A stretch of DNA of 32,046 nucleotides, taken from an uncultured Gammaproteobacteria bacterium (GTDB lineage: Bacteria; Patescibacteriota; Microgenomatia; UM-FILTER-40-11). A program made the translations under genes and the position numbers. Location of the stretch: assembly GCA_964452885.1 (NCBI GenBank), contig CAYVNK010000002.1, positions 1 through 32,046 of the forward strand, in the 5' to 3' direction. The stretch's first letter is position 1, and the number at the start of each line of letters is the position of its first letter. The notes under the pieces are model-generated. The model did no database searches, had not been told where the DNA came from, and saw only the letters and a program-made list of their open reading frames with translations. Shown piece after piece: positions 8,216 through 16,065 of this stretch.

Positions 8216-8854
8216 ATGGACATTACTTATCTTGGTCATTCATCTTTTAAAATTAAAACCAAAACCGCGACGGTAGTGACCGATCCTTTTTCTCCGGAAA
8301 TGGTGGGTTTTAAATTTCCCAAAGCCGAAGCAGATATGGTTACTGTTTCCCATCCGCACAAAGACCATGATTTTGTCGCGGGAATTACGGGTGACCCATT
8401 GGTTATTAGCCAGCCTGGAGAATATGAAGCAAAAGGAATTTCATTTTTTGGTTTTCCTGCTTTACACGGAGGAAAAACGGAAGCGGAAAAAATCGCCAAT
8501 ACCATTTTTTTAATTGAAGCGGATGGACTTTCGATTTGCCACTTGGGAGATTTGGGAGAAATGCCTTCGCCGAAAATTATGGAAGAAATTATCGGGGCGG
8601 ACATTTTAATGGTGCCGGTCGGGGGAACTTATACTTTCGGTCCGAAAGAAGCAGTAGAAATTGTTCATCACATAGAGCCGTCAATTGTTTTACCGATGCA
8701 TTTTAAAGCGCCTAATTTACCGGAACTTTCCGGTTTGGAAGAATTTTTAGATGAAATGGGAGTGGAAAAAGCGGAAAAATTGGATAAGCTTTCCGTGGTG
8801 AAAGATAAACTGCCCGAAGAAACCAAAGTAGTCGTTCTTGAAAGGAAAGCTTAA
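8216..8854 (+). CDS. Metallo-beta-lactamase-fold hydrolase (UPF0173-like)
   Basis: MDITYLGHSSFKIK..., metal-binding motif VSHPHKDH, later HLGDLG. The start is moved to 8216 because the 8195 ATG lies inside the promoter spacer. Confidence 0.8.
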   Translation: MDITYLGHSSFKIKTKTATVVTDPFSPEMVGFKFPKAEADMVTVSHPHKDHDFVAGITGDPLVISQPGEYEAKGISFFGFPALHGGKTEAEKIANTIFLIEADGLSICHLGDLGEMPSPKIMEEIIGADILMVPVGGTYTFGPKEAVEIVHHIEPSIVLPMHFKAPNLPELSGLEEFLDEMGVEKAEKLDKLSVVKDKLPEETKVVVLERKA

Positions 8855-10174
8855 ATGGCCGAAGGTAAGGTTCCTCCTCATTCTCAAGAGGCAGAAACCT
8901 CAATTATTGGGGCAATTCTAATTGATAAAGATGCCATCATTGCCGTGGCCGAATTTTTGCGGCCGGAGCATTTCTATAACGAAAATCACGGAGCAATTTT
9001 TAAGGCGGTCTTGGATCTTTATGAAGAACGCTCACCGATTGACATTGTTACGGTTGGGGATAAACTCAAAAAAAATCGGGCTCTTTCGAAAGTCGGCGGT
9101 TCGGCTTTTCTGGTGGAGTTGGCCAATAGTGTGCCCACGGCCTCCAATGCGGAAAAATACGGACAAATTGTTAAAGACCTTTATATTAAAAGACAGCTTA
9201 TTTCTGCGGCCAGCAGGATTGCCGATACGGCTTTTGACGAAGGGAATAGCGCCGATCAAGCCATAGACAAAACAGAAATGGAAGTTTTTTCCCTTTCGCA
9301 AAAACATTTGAAACAAAGTTTTATGCCGATTAAAGATGCCCTGGCGGAAAGCTTTGACCGACTGGATGAACTTCATAAAATGGCCGGAGGACTGCGGGGA
9401 GTTCCCACCGGTTTTCGTGATTTAGATAATATGCTGGCCGGATTGCAGCCTTCCAATATGATTATCCTGGCGGCCAGACCGGGAGTGGGTAAAACTGCCT
9501 TGAGCTTAAATATTGCCCGGGCAGTGGCGGTGGATTATAAAATGCCGGTGGGGATATTTTCAGTGGAAATGAGTAAGGAAGAGTTGACCGACCGTCTTTT
9601 AACCAGACAGTCGGAAATTGACGCCTGGAAACTCAAGACCGGGAAATTAGAAGAGGAAGATTTTACCCGTTTTTCCGAAGCCATGGGTATTTTGGCGGAC
9701 GCGCCTTTGTATGTTGACGACACGCCGGGAATTTCCGTTTTGGAAATGAGAACCAAAGCCAGAAGACTGCAAGTAGAAAAAGGCTTGCAACTTTTAATCA
9801 TCGATTATTTGCAGCTGGTGCGGGGCCGGAATTTGGAGAATCGAGTGCAGGAAGTTTCCGAGATTTCCATGGGGATTAAAAATTTGGCGAGAGAATTAAA
9901 AATTCCCATTATTGCGGTTTCTCAACTGTCAAGAGCGGTAGAAATTAGGGGCGGGCAAAGACCAAGACTGGCTGATTTAAGAGAAAGTGGAGGATTAGAA
10001 CAAGATGCTGATGTAGTGATGTTTTTGTTTAAAGAAGATGAAGAAAATCCGGAGAATGTCACTTTGGAAATTGCCAAACACCGTAACGGTCCCACCGGCG
10101 CGATAAAACTGCGCTTTGTTCCTTCCCGTGTTTCCTTTTATCCTATGGAGGTAAGACAAAAAAGTGAGAAGTGA
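8855..10174 (+). CDS. dnaB: Replicative DNA helicase DnaB
   Basis: 439 aa: N-terminal PPHSQEAETSIIGAIL, Walker A ARPGVGKTA, Walker B LLIIDYLQL, SQLSRAVE, KHRNGPTG. Normal length, so no intein. Confidence 0.93.
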   Translation: MAEGKVPPHSQEAETSIIGAILIDKDAIIAVAEFLRPEHFYNENHGAIFKAVLDLYEERSPIDIVTVGDKLKKNRALSKVGGSAFLVELANSVPTASNAEKYGQIVKDLYIKRQLISAASRIADTAFDEGNSADQAIDKTEMEVFSLSQKHLKQSFMPIKDALAESFDRLDELHKMAGGLRGVPTGFRDLDNMLAGLQPSNMIILAARPGVGKTALSLNIARAVAVDYKMPVGIFSVEMSKEELTDRLLTRQSEIDAWKLKTGKLEEEDFTRFSEAMGILADAPLYVDDTPGISVLEMRTKARRLQVEKGLQLLIIDYLQLVRGRNLENRVQEVSEISMGIKNLARELKIPIIAVSQLSRAVEIRGGQRPRLADLRESGGLEQDADVVMFLFKEDEENPENVTLEIAKHRNGPTGAIKLRFVPSRVSFYPMEVRQKSEK

Positions 10175-10176
10175 GA

Positions 10177-11718
10177 ATGACGGTTAAAAAGCTTCAAATT
10201 ATTTTGATATTTTTTTTACTCACTCTTTATGCGGTTTTGGTCACCCAGAGAATTGATTTGGTCACGGCGGATTTGGGCAGACACTTGAAAAACGGAGAAA
10301 TCATTTGGAATAATTTAGCTTCGAAAGGCCTCGCCTTCCCAGAGGTAATTTCTAGAAATTTATATTCCTATACTTATTCTAATTATCCTTTTCTCAATCA
10401 TCATTGGGGAAGCGGAGTTTTATTTTATTTAATTCAAAAAATTTTCGGGTTTGCCGGACTCTCGGCATTCTTTACCTTAATTTCTTTATTCACTTTTTTA
10501 ATTTTTTTTCTGATTGCCCGGAAAATTTCAAACTTTAACACGGCCCTTTTAACTTCGGTCATCATTATCCCGATATTGGTCAGCCGGACAGAAATCCGAC
10601 CTGAGGCTTTTTCTTATCTGCTTTCGGGAATTTTTTTATGGATATTAATTTTCAAAAGAAAAAAACTATGGTTATTACCGGTTTTGGAAATCCTGTGGGT
10701 TAATTTACATATTTATTTTTTCTTAGGGCTTTTTCTGATTGGGGTTTTTGGCGTTAGGGAACTATTTATTTTTTTTGCAGAAAAAAGCAAAAAAAGTCTG
10801 AAAGAGATAAAAAAATTATTCCTGGCGGGTGGGGCAGCGGTTTTGGCAACCCTAATTAATCCCGCTTTTATCAAAGGCGCTCTTTACCCTCTGCAAATTT
10901 TTAAAGGTTACGGTTATCGGCTTTTCGAGAATCAAAGCGTTTTGTTTTTGGATAAAATCGTCCGTTATCCTCAGAATTTATATTTTAAAATTGCCTTTGG
11001 AATTTTAATTTTAAGTTGGGTTTATGTCTTAATAAAAAGACAAAAAATCTCCATCACCAATTTAATCTTCAGCTTTTTCTTTTCTTATCTTGGCTGGACT
11101 GCTGTTAGAAACTTTAGTTTATTTGGATTATTTTTAATACCGGTAATAGCAGAAAATTTTAAAGGAATCTTTAAGGGGGAGAGAGAGGACTATCAGTCTT
11201 TTATTACTTCTTCTCTAACCATTATTTTAACTGTCGGAATGTTTTTATTAAATCCAATTTATTGGCAAGGGAAAATTTCTTTAGGAGTTGGATTAAAAGA
11301 AGGGAATGAGAATGCGGCGAACTTTTTCCAAAAAAATAATCTGGCTGGCCCGATTTTTAACAATTACGACAACGGCGGCTATCTGATTTATTTTTTGTTT
11401 CCCCGGGAAAAAGTTTTTGTTGATAACCGGCCGGAAGCTTACCCTCAAGATTTTTTTGAACAGGTATATATTCCTATGCAGGAAAATAACGGCAAATGGC
11501 AGGAAATTGATAAAAAATATCGCTTTAACGCCATTTTTTTCCACCGTAATGATCTGACTCCCTGGGGCCAAACCTTCTTAATTACCAGAATTAAAGACTT
11601 TGCCTGGGCGCCGGTTTATGTTGACGATGAGCAGATTATTTTTCTAAAAAGAAATAAGCAGAATGACGAAGTGATAAAAAAATTTGAATTGCCGAAAGAA
11701 ATGTTTTCGGTGAGGTAA
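10177..11718 (+). CDS. Large polytopic membrane protein, possibly a GT-C-type glycosyltransferase
   Basis: About 12 predicted TM helices, an acidic residue in the first external loop (TADLGRHLKNGE) and a soluble C-terminal domain. The family assignment is tentative. Confidence 0.5.
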   Translation: MTVKKLQIILIFFLLTLYAVLVTQRIDLVTADLGRHLKNGEIIWNNLASKGLAFPEVISRNLYSYTYSNYPFLNHHWGSGVLFYLIQKIFGFAGLSAFFTLISLFTFLIFFLIARKISNFNTALLTSVIIIPILVSRTEIRPEAFSYLLSGIFLWILIFKRKKLWLLPVLEILWVNLHIYFFLGLFLIGVFGVRELFIFFAEKSKKSLKEIKKLFLAGGAAVLATLINPAFIKGALYPLQIFKGYGYRLFENQSVLFLDKIVRYPQNLYFKIAFGILILSWVYVLIKRQKISITNLIFSFFFSYLGWTAVRNFSLFGLFLIPVIAENFKGIFKGEREDYQSFITSSLTIILTVGMFLLNPIYWQGKISLGVGLKEGNENAANFFQKNNLAGPIFNNYDNGGYLIYFLFPREKVFVDNRPEAYPQDFFEQVYIPMQENNGKWQEIDKKYRFNAIFFHRNDLTPWGQTFLITRIKDFAWAPVYVDDEQIIFLKRNKQNDEVIKKFELPKEMFSVR

Positions 11719-11720
11719 AA

Positions 11721-12266
11721 CTATATTTTCTCCACGCTGTAAGTTTCAATTGTCACTTTTTTCTTCCACTCGTCTGGAGCAAGTCCGGCCTTAAGGCAAA
11801 GATGGGAGAGAAATTGTTCCGGCTTTGACAACTCGTCCCAAACTTGGGGCAAAAAAGTGGCTGTCCGACCGGCATATTTTAAAATTACTCCGGGTTTATT
11901 TTTTTCCAAAAATTCGATTAGCGAAGCCGCCGATTTATATTCAAGTTTTTTACCAACGCTAAGTATAGAAATTTCTATGGTAATTTTACCAAATTCACTT
12001 TTGGTCAAGGCCGGGAACCGCGGGTCGGAAAAAGCAGCCGCTCGGGCATTTTCAATCACGTCTTGAAAAAGTGCCTGTACCGGGGCGAGATGACCAATGC
12101 ATCCACGTAGCCGGCCGTCTTTTTTGAGAGTAACAAAGACATTGCGTCTCTGTCTTAAAACGCTGGAAATTTCGGTCATATCATATTCCAATTTTTGATT
12201 TTCCAGTTCTGATTTGATGGCTGCAAACACCAAGTTTTTGAGTATTTTTTTATCTTTGTCTTCCAT
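11721..12266 (-). CDS. amrA: AMMECR1-domain protein (AmmeMemoRadiSam system protein A)
   Basis: Conserved LRGCIGH motif in a typical AMMECR1 context. The start is set at MEDKDKK (12266), 13 nt after the upstream stop. Confidence 0.8.
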   Translation of the reverse strand: MEDKDKKILKNLVFAAIKSELENQKLEYDMTEISSVLRQRRNVFVTLKKDGRLRGCIGHLAPVQALFQDVIENARAAAFSDPRFPALTKSEFGKITIEISILSVGKKLEYKSAASLIEFLEKNKPGVILKYAGRTATFLPQVWDELSKPEQFLSHLCLKAGLAPDEWKKKVTIETYSVEKI

Positions 12267-12279
12267 TATTCTTTTGAAC

Positions 12280-12885
12280 TTAAACGATTTGGGCGACCAA
12301 ATAACCAACGCCGAAAGGCCCTTCATAAGATAAAATTTTGGGTTTGATGGTCACCTTTTCTTTGTTCAGAAGACCAAAAACGAAGGCGAACGAACGTAGT
12401 CCGCAGTCGGCCGCTGCCGGAAATTTGTCATCGAGCGCTAAAATTTCCGGGACTTTTTTTTCTTCGAGGAGTTTAATTAGTTCCCGATCAAACTTCGGTC
12501 CTTCAGGATGATATCCGTATGGTCCATTTGCTTTAAGTACGTGGGACAAGTCACCGGAGGCAATTAGGGCGTAGGCTCTCTTTGTGTCTAAACTTTGCGC
12601 CATTTTTTGTCCCATAACAAAATGTTCTTGGGCTGACTGGGGGCCAGTGAGAAAAGTGGTGATTTTACCCTTAAAATTTTGAGCCAGAAAGAATAAGGGG
12701 ACATTAAAGCCCCAATCTTGGTGAGGTGAACTGATAATAATTTCCTCAGCTTTTTCTTTTTGCATTTTTTCACCCAGTTTTTCTAAAGACTTAAGCGTCT
12801 TTTGCAACTTATGGCGATCTTGATTTGACCCAACCTTTGGCAGAAGAATCGGGGCGTGGGGTGAAATAACGGCAATTTTTATCAT
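12280..12885 (-). CDS. amrB: Memo/LigB-superfamily protein (AmmeMemoRadiSam system protein B), short form
   Basis: MIKIAVISPHAP..., SSPHQD, ASGDLSH and DCG are candidate metal ligands in the Memo-like order. The ATG (12885-12883) overlaps the TGA (12884-12882) of the radical SAM gene. Confidence 0.7.
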   Translation of the reverse strand: MIKIAVISPHAPILLPKVGSNQDRHKLQKTLKSLEKLGEKMQKEKAEEIIISSPHQDWGFNVPLFFLAQNFKGKITTFLTGPQSAQEHFVMGQKMAQSLDTKRAYALIASGDLSHVLKANGPYGYHPEGPKFDRELIKLLEEKKVPEILALDDKFPAAADCGLRSFAFVFGLLNKEKVTIKPKILSYEGPFGVGYLVAQIV

Positions 12886-13913
12886 CGGAATAAGATTTGA
12901 TAACCACAATTCGGACAAAAACCTTTTTTAAGATGATTTTCTACATTATAGCCCATTCGTTCGATCACGGTGGCAGAGCATTTTGGACAATAAGTATTTT
13001 CCAAGCCTGGCGTCAAAATATTACCGGCATAGACATATTTAAGTCCTGAATTAAGACCGATTTGACGAATTTTTTCCAGTACTTTGGCGGGGGTTTCCGG
13101 TAAATGTTGTAATTTCCAAGATATTTTTCCGGAGAAAGCCGTGACATGCCACGGAATATCAGCGCCCAGTTCTCGTTTAATAAATTGTGACAATTTTTTA
13201 AGCATTGTTTCATTGTCGGAGAGAGTCGGGATAACTAAAGTGGTAATTTCCAGATGAACACCTTTTTTCTTAAAGTTTCGGCAGTTTTCCAGAACCGGAG
13301 CCAGAAATGCGCCGCAATTTTCGCGGTAAAACTGGTCGGAAAAAGATTTAATATCAATATTAATCGCGTCTAAGTAGGGAAGGATGGTTTCCCGTGTTTC
13401 TTTGGTCATAAAGCCGTTGGAAACCCAAAGATTGAAGAGCTTTTCTTTCTTGGCGCGCTTCATAATCAGGAGAGCATATTCAGTCCATATTGTTGGTTCG
13501 TTGTAAGTATAAGCGATGGATTCACAACCGTTTTCTTGGGCTGCTTGGACTGCCTGCTTTGGAGAAAGTGTTTTACCCCAAGCAATTTTTGAATAATAAC
13601 GAGTATTGCCTTTGTAGCCTAAAATTTGCGAAAGATCGTAATTTTGACAATTAAGACAGCGAAAATTACAGCCGAAAGTGCCGATGGAAAAAGTTTTGCT
13701 TGCCGGTAGAAAATGATAAAAAGGTTTTTTCTCAATTGGATCAATATTAACCGCAATTGCCTTGCCGAAAACCAGCAATTCCAATTTTCCCGAGATGTTC
13801 TGTCTTACTCCGCAAATGCCTGTTTTTCCTTCAGAAATCTGACAGCGATGATAGCAGGCGGTACAAAGAACAGACTTGTTTTTAAGCGGTTGATAAAGAA
13901 AAGCGGTTTTCAT
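12882..13913 (-). CDS. amrS: Radical SAM enzyme (AmmeMemoRadiSam system radical SAM protein)
   Basis: CNFRCLNCQN (CxxxCxxC), an N-terminal Cys cluster (CTACYHRC...GICG) and a C-terminal zinc-ribbon-like CPKC...CPNC. It sits in the triad with AMMECR1 and Memo-like genes. Confidence 0.8.
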   Translation of the reverse strand: MKTAFLYQPLKNKSVLCTACYHRCQISEGKTGICGVRQNISGKLELLVFGKAIAVNIDPIEKKPFYHFLPASKTFSIGTFGCNFRCLNCQNYDLSQILGYKGNTRYYSKIAWGKTLSPKQAVQAAQENGCESIAYTYNEPTIWTEYALLIMKRAKKEKLFNLWVSNGFMTKETRETILPYLDAINIDIKSFSDQFYRENCGAFLAPVLENCRNFKKKGVHLEITTLVIPTLSDNETMLKKLSQFIKRELGADIPWHVTAFSGKISWKLQHLPETPAKVLEKIRQIGLNSGLKYVYAGNILTPGLENTYCPKCSATVIERMGYNVENHLKKGFCPNCGYQILFR

Positions 13914-13956
13914 CTTAGAACTTTATTTATCTCGGTATTATGAGGGCAAAACCTTG

Positions 13957-14039
13957 TGCCGGGGGAGAGACTCGAACTCTCATGTCTTTGAGGACACAGG
14001 TTTTTGAGACCTGCGCGTCTACCATTCCGCCACCTCGGC
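13957..14039 (-). tRNA. tRNA-Leu (anticodon CAA), type II with long variable arm; CCA not encoded
   Basis: Reverse complement: GCCGAGG-TG-GCGGAATGGTAGACGC-G-CAGGT-CTCAAAA-ACCTG-TGTCCTCAAAGACAT-GAGAGTTCGAGTCTCTC-CCCCGGC-A. All arms fold. There is one A5:C68 mismatch in the acceptor stem. Confidence 0.85.
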
Positions 14040-14092
14040 ATAAGGTGATTTAACTAAGGAGTATTTTAGCAAATTTGGCCTGAAGATTACAA

Positions 14093-14551
14093 TTACCAAA
14101 CAAGGGAAAGAAGGAAGATAGCGTAGACTATTTGAAAAGTGATGCCGAACCAAAAAGAAGTTTTAAACTGATGACTTCTTTGAAATTTTGTTAATATTAA
14201 AATTGGGCTGGCCTTAACATTTAAGTAGTAAAAAGGCGCTTCCGCCAAATCCGGCAGAATGGCAAAAAAAGAGCCGCCAATCACTGTTAGAAAATGGATG
14301 GTGCTTGGCAGAGCTTTAAAAGCAATAAAGAGGCCAAAGAAAAGCCCAAGCAAACAGTCAATAATAATTTGTAAATTAGTTTTAGCCAGTAAATGCCCTA
14401 ACTTCTTTTTTTCTTTATAGATTTCCGGATTCCAATGGGGGAGGAGATCGCAGGCAAAATGGGAAAGAAAAGCGAGCGGGAAAGCCAAGGCGGGATTGCC
14501 GATTTTGTAAGCAATGACCGCGCCGGTGAGGCTGTGCAGCGATTCAAGCAT
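14093..14551 (-). CDS. Small polytopic membrane protein, possibly a YdjM/DUF457-like membrane-bound hydrolase
   Basis: I chose the ATG at 14551 (MLESLHSLTG...) because a -10 lies 6 nt upstream. His/Asp-containing LSHFACDLLPHW and ILPDL sit within TM segments. The family call is weak. Confidence 0.5.
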   Translation of the reverse strand: MLESLHSLTGAVIAYKIGNPALAFPLAFLSHFACDLLPHWNPEIYKEKKKLGHLLAKTNLQIIIDCLLGLFFGLFIAFKALPSTIHFLTVIGGSFFAILPDLAEAPFYYLNVKASPILILTKFQRSHQFKTSFWFGITFQIVYAIFLLSLVW

Positions 14552-14557
14552 AAAAGA

Positions 14558-14587
14558 AGTATATTGTGTTAAAATGATAAAAGTCAA
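14558..14587 (-). promoter_or_regulatory. Promoter for the membrane protein / tRNA-Leu / amrSBA operon, predicted leaderless
   Basis: On the minus strand: TTGACT (14587-14582), 18 nt, TATACT (14563-14558), 6 nt, ATG (14551). Confidence 0.45.
14567..14575 (+). promoter_or_regulatory. Extended -10 promoter for the 14600 operon
   Basis: TGTTAAAAT (TGnTAAAAT) at 14567-14575. The leader carries GAGG (14589-14592) 7 nt before the ATG at 14600. There is no good -35. Confidence 0.35.
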
Positions 14588-14599
14588 AGAGGAAAATAG

Positions 14600-15316
14600 A
14601 TGATTCCCAGTCTTTCTTTTACCATCGGTTTTTTTAAAATCACTCCGCTCTTTTGGAGCCTTATTTTGGCAGGAATAATTTCTTCTTTTTCTCTTTGGCG
14701 AAAACTGCGTGAGGATTATAAAGAGTCAGTCATTTTTAACCTAACCCTGCTTTCATTTTTTTTAGGTTTGCTTTTGGGCCGTTTGGTTTTTGTTCTCTTT
14801 CATTTTTCCGAATTTGGGCTTTCTTTAAACAATTTTTTCACTTTGGATTTGGGCGATAATTTTTCTCTTTTTGGAATAATACTGGGAGTAATTTTGGCGG
14901 TTAAATGGATGACGAGCGGGGAGAAGGGTAATCTTTGGGAAGTTTTGGATGCTTTAGTTTTACCCCTTTTTTACTTTCTTCTTTTAGGAGGACTCGGTTA
15001 TTTCTTAAAAAATAAGGAATGGTTTTCTTTGGGCTACACCTTCACTGGAATTTTGGGGATTTCCCTTTCTTCTTTAGTGGCGAATAAATATCGTTCTTTT
15101 CCTTGGTATAAGAGCGGAAAAATCGGTTTTCTCTTTACTTTTTTTAGTCTAATCTCTTCACTTGCCCTTTTCCTTCTTGCTTTTTTTAAAAACGATACCT
15201 TATACTTATATCGTTTCGGGTGGTTGTTGATGGCGGTGGCCTCAGGCGCAGCTTTATATCACCGCTCGGGCAGGAATATCAAGGAAGATTGGCGTAATTT
15301 TTTTAAAAGAAAGTAA
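14600..15316 (+). CDS. Lgt-like polytopic membrane protein (divergent prolipoprotein diacylglyceryl transferase homologue?)
   Basis: By remembered alignment to E. coli Lgt: LGLLLGRLVFVLFHF ~ LGVFLGGRIGYVLFY, GDNFSLFGIILGV ~ GGMSFHGGLIGV, LLGGLGYFLKNKEW ~ LGAGRLGNFINGELW. It lies in the same operon as lspA. Confidence 0.45.
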   Translation: MIPSLSFTIGFFKITPLFWSLILAGIISSFSLWRKLREDYKESVIFNLTLLSFFLGLLLGRLVFVLFHFSEFGLSLNNFFTLDLGDNFSLFGIILGVILAVKWMTSGEKGNLWEVLDALVLPLFYFLLLGGLGYFLKNKEWFSLGYTFTGILGISLSSLVANKYRSFPWYKSGKIGFLFTFFSLISSLALFLLAFFKNDTLYLYRFGWLLMAVASGAALYHRSGRNIKEDWRNFFKRK

Positions 15317-15318
15317 CC

Positions 15319-15705
15319 ATGGATAAAAAAAGAAAAAACAAAGTTTTATTTCCGGCTAGCTTACTGGAGCCGATTAAGAATTTTTTGCGCATAGAAGAAA
15401 GTAAGTTAAGCAAAAGAAAAAAAGAATTGGATGAACAGGATCCCTTTAAGGATACAAAAAGAATCTTAGACAACGCTTCCTCTGACGCTGACGCCTCGGA
15501 GCAATTTGGTCATGCAACGGTGGAAGGCTTAAAAAGAGAAATTGACCGGAAACTTATCCAGATCCGCAAGGCTTTGTCGCGGATTAAAATTGGCAATTAC
15601 GGTGTTTGCGAAAAATGCGGCAAGATGATTGATACTGACCGGTTAATGATTTTTCCAGAAACGACGGTTTGTGTTGAATGCATGAAGAAAAAAGAGAAAA
15701 AATAG
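15319..15705 (+). CDS. DksA/TraR-family C4 zinc-finger protein
   Basis: Coiled-coil N-terminal part and C-terminal CEKCGKMIDTDRLMIFPETTVCVEC (CxxC-17-CxxC). Confidence 0.75.
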   Translation: MDKKRKNKVLFPASLLEPIKNFLRIEESKLSKRKKELDEQDPFKDTKRILDNASSDADASEQFGHATVEGLKREIDRKLIQIRKALSRIKIGNYGVCEKCGKMIDTDRLMIFPETTVCVECMKKKEKK

Positions 15706-16061
15706 TGGTTTTTATTCTTGTTCTCTTCGACCAGCTGACGAAATTTTTTTCTTTGAAAATGGATTTTGGCCAAATCAATCATTCTGTATCTTGGGGTCTT
15801 TTACCGTTCTGGTCAAATTCAATTTTGATAGTAATTATTTCTTTTCTTTTATTTTTTTTGTGGCGATTTAAAAGTAAAACTGGTGTTTGGCTAATGCTGG
15901 TTGGGGGAATGAGTAATTTATTAGACCGAATTATCAGAGGTGGAGTAGTGGACTTTCTAAAATTACCTCTTATTCCGACCTTTAATATGGCTGATGTGGC
16001 TATTTGTTTTGGCGCCGCCTGGTTTATCGTTGACTTCGTAAAAACAAAGACGCTATCATAA
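15678..16061 (+). CDS. lspA: Lipoprotein signal peptidase II
   Basis: LFDQLTK, NHSVSWG, GGMSNLLDRIIRGGVVDF and FNMADVAICFGA match LspA blocks. The start is uncertain: ATG 15678 overlaps dksA by 28 nt, and GTG 15705 is an alternative. Confidence 0.8.
   Translation: MHEEKREKIVVFILVLFDQLTKFFSLKMDFGQINHSVSWGLLPFWSNSILIVIISFLLFFLWRFKSKTGVWLMLVGGMSNLLDRIIRGGVVDFLKLPLIPTFNMADVAICFGAAWFIVDFVKTKTLS
16030..16059 (+). promoter_or_regulatory. Promoter for the antiporter gene, embedded in the lspA 3' end, predicted leaderless
   Basis: TTGACT (16030-16035), 18 nt, TATCAT (16054-16059), 6 nt, ATG (16066). Confidence 0.45.
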
Positions 16062-16065
16062 CCAT

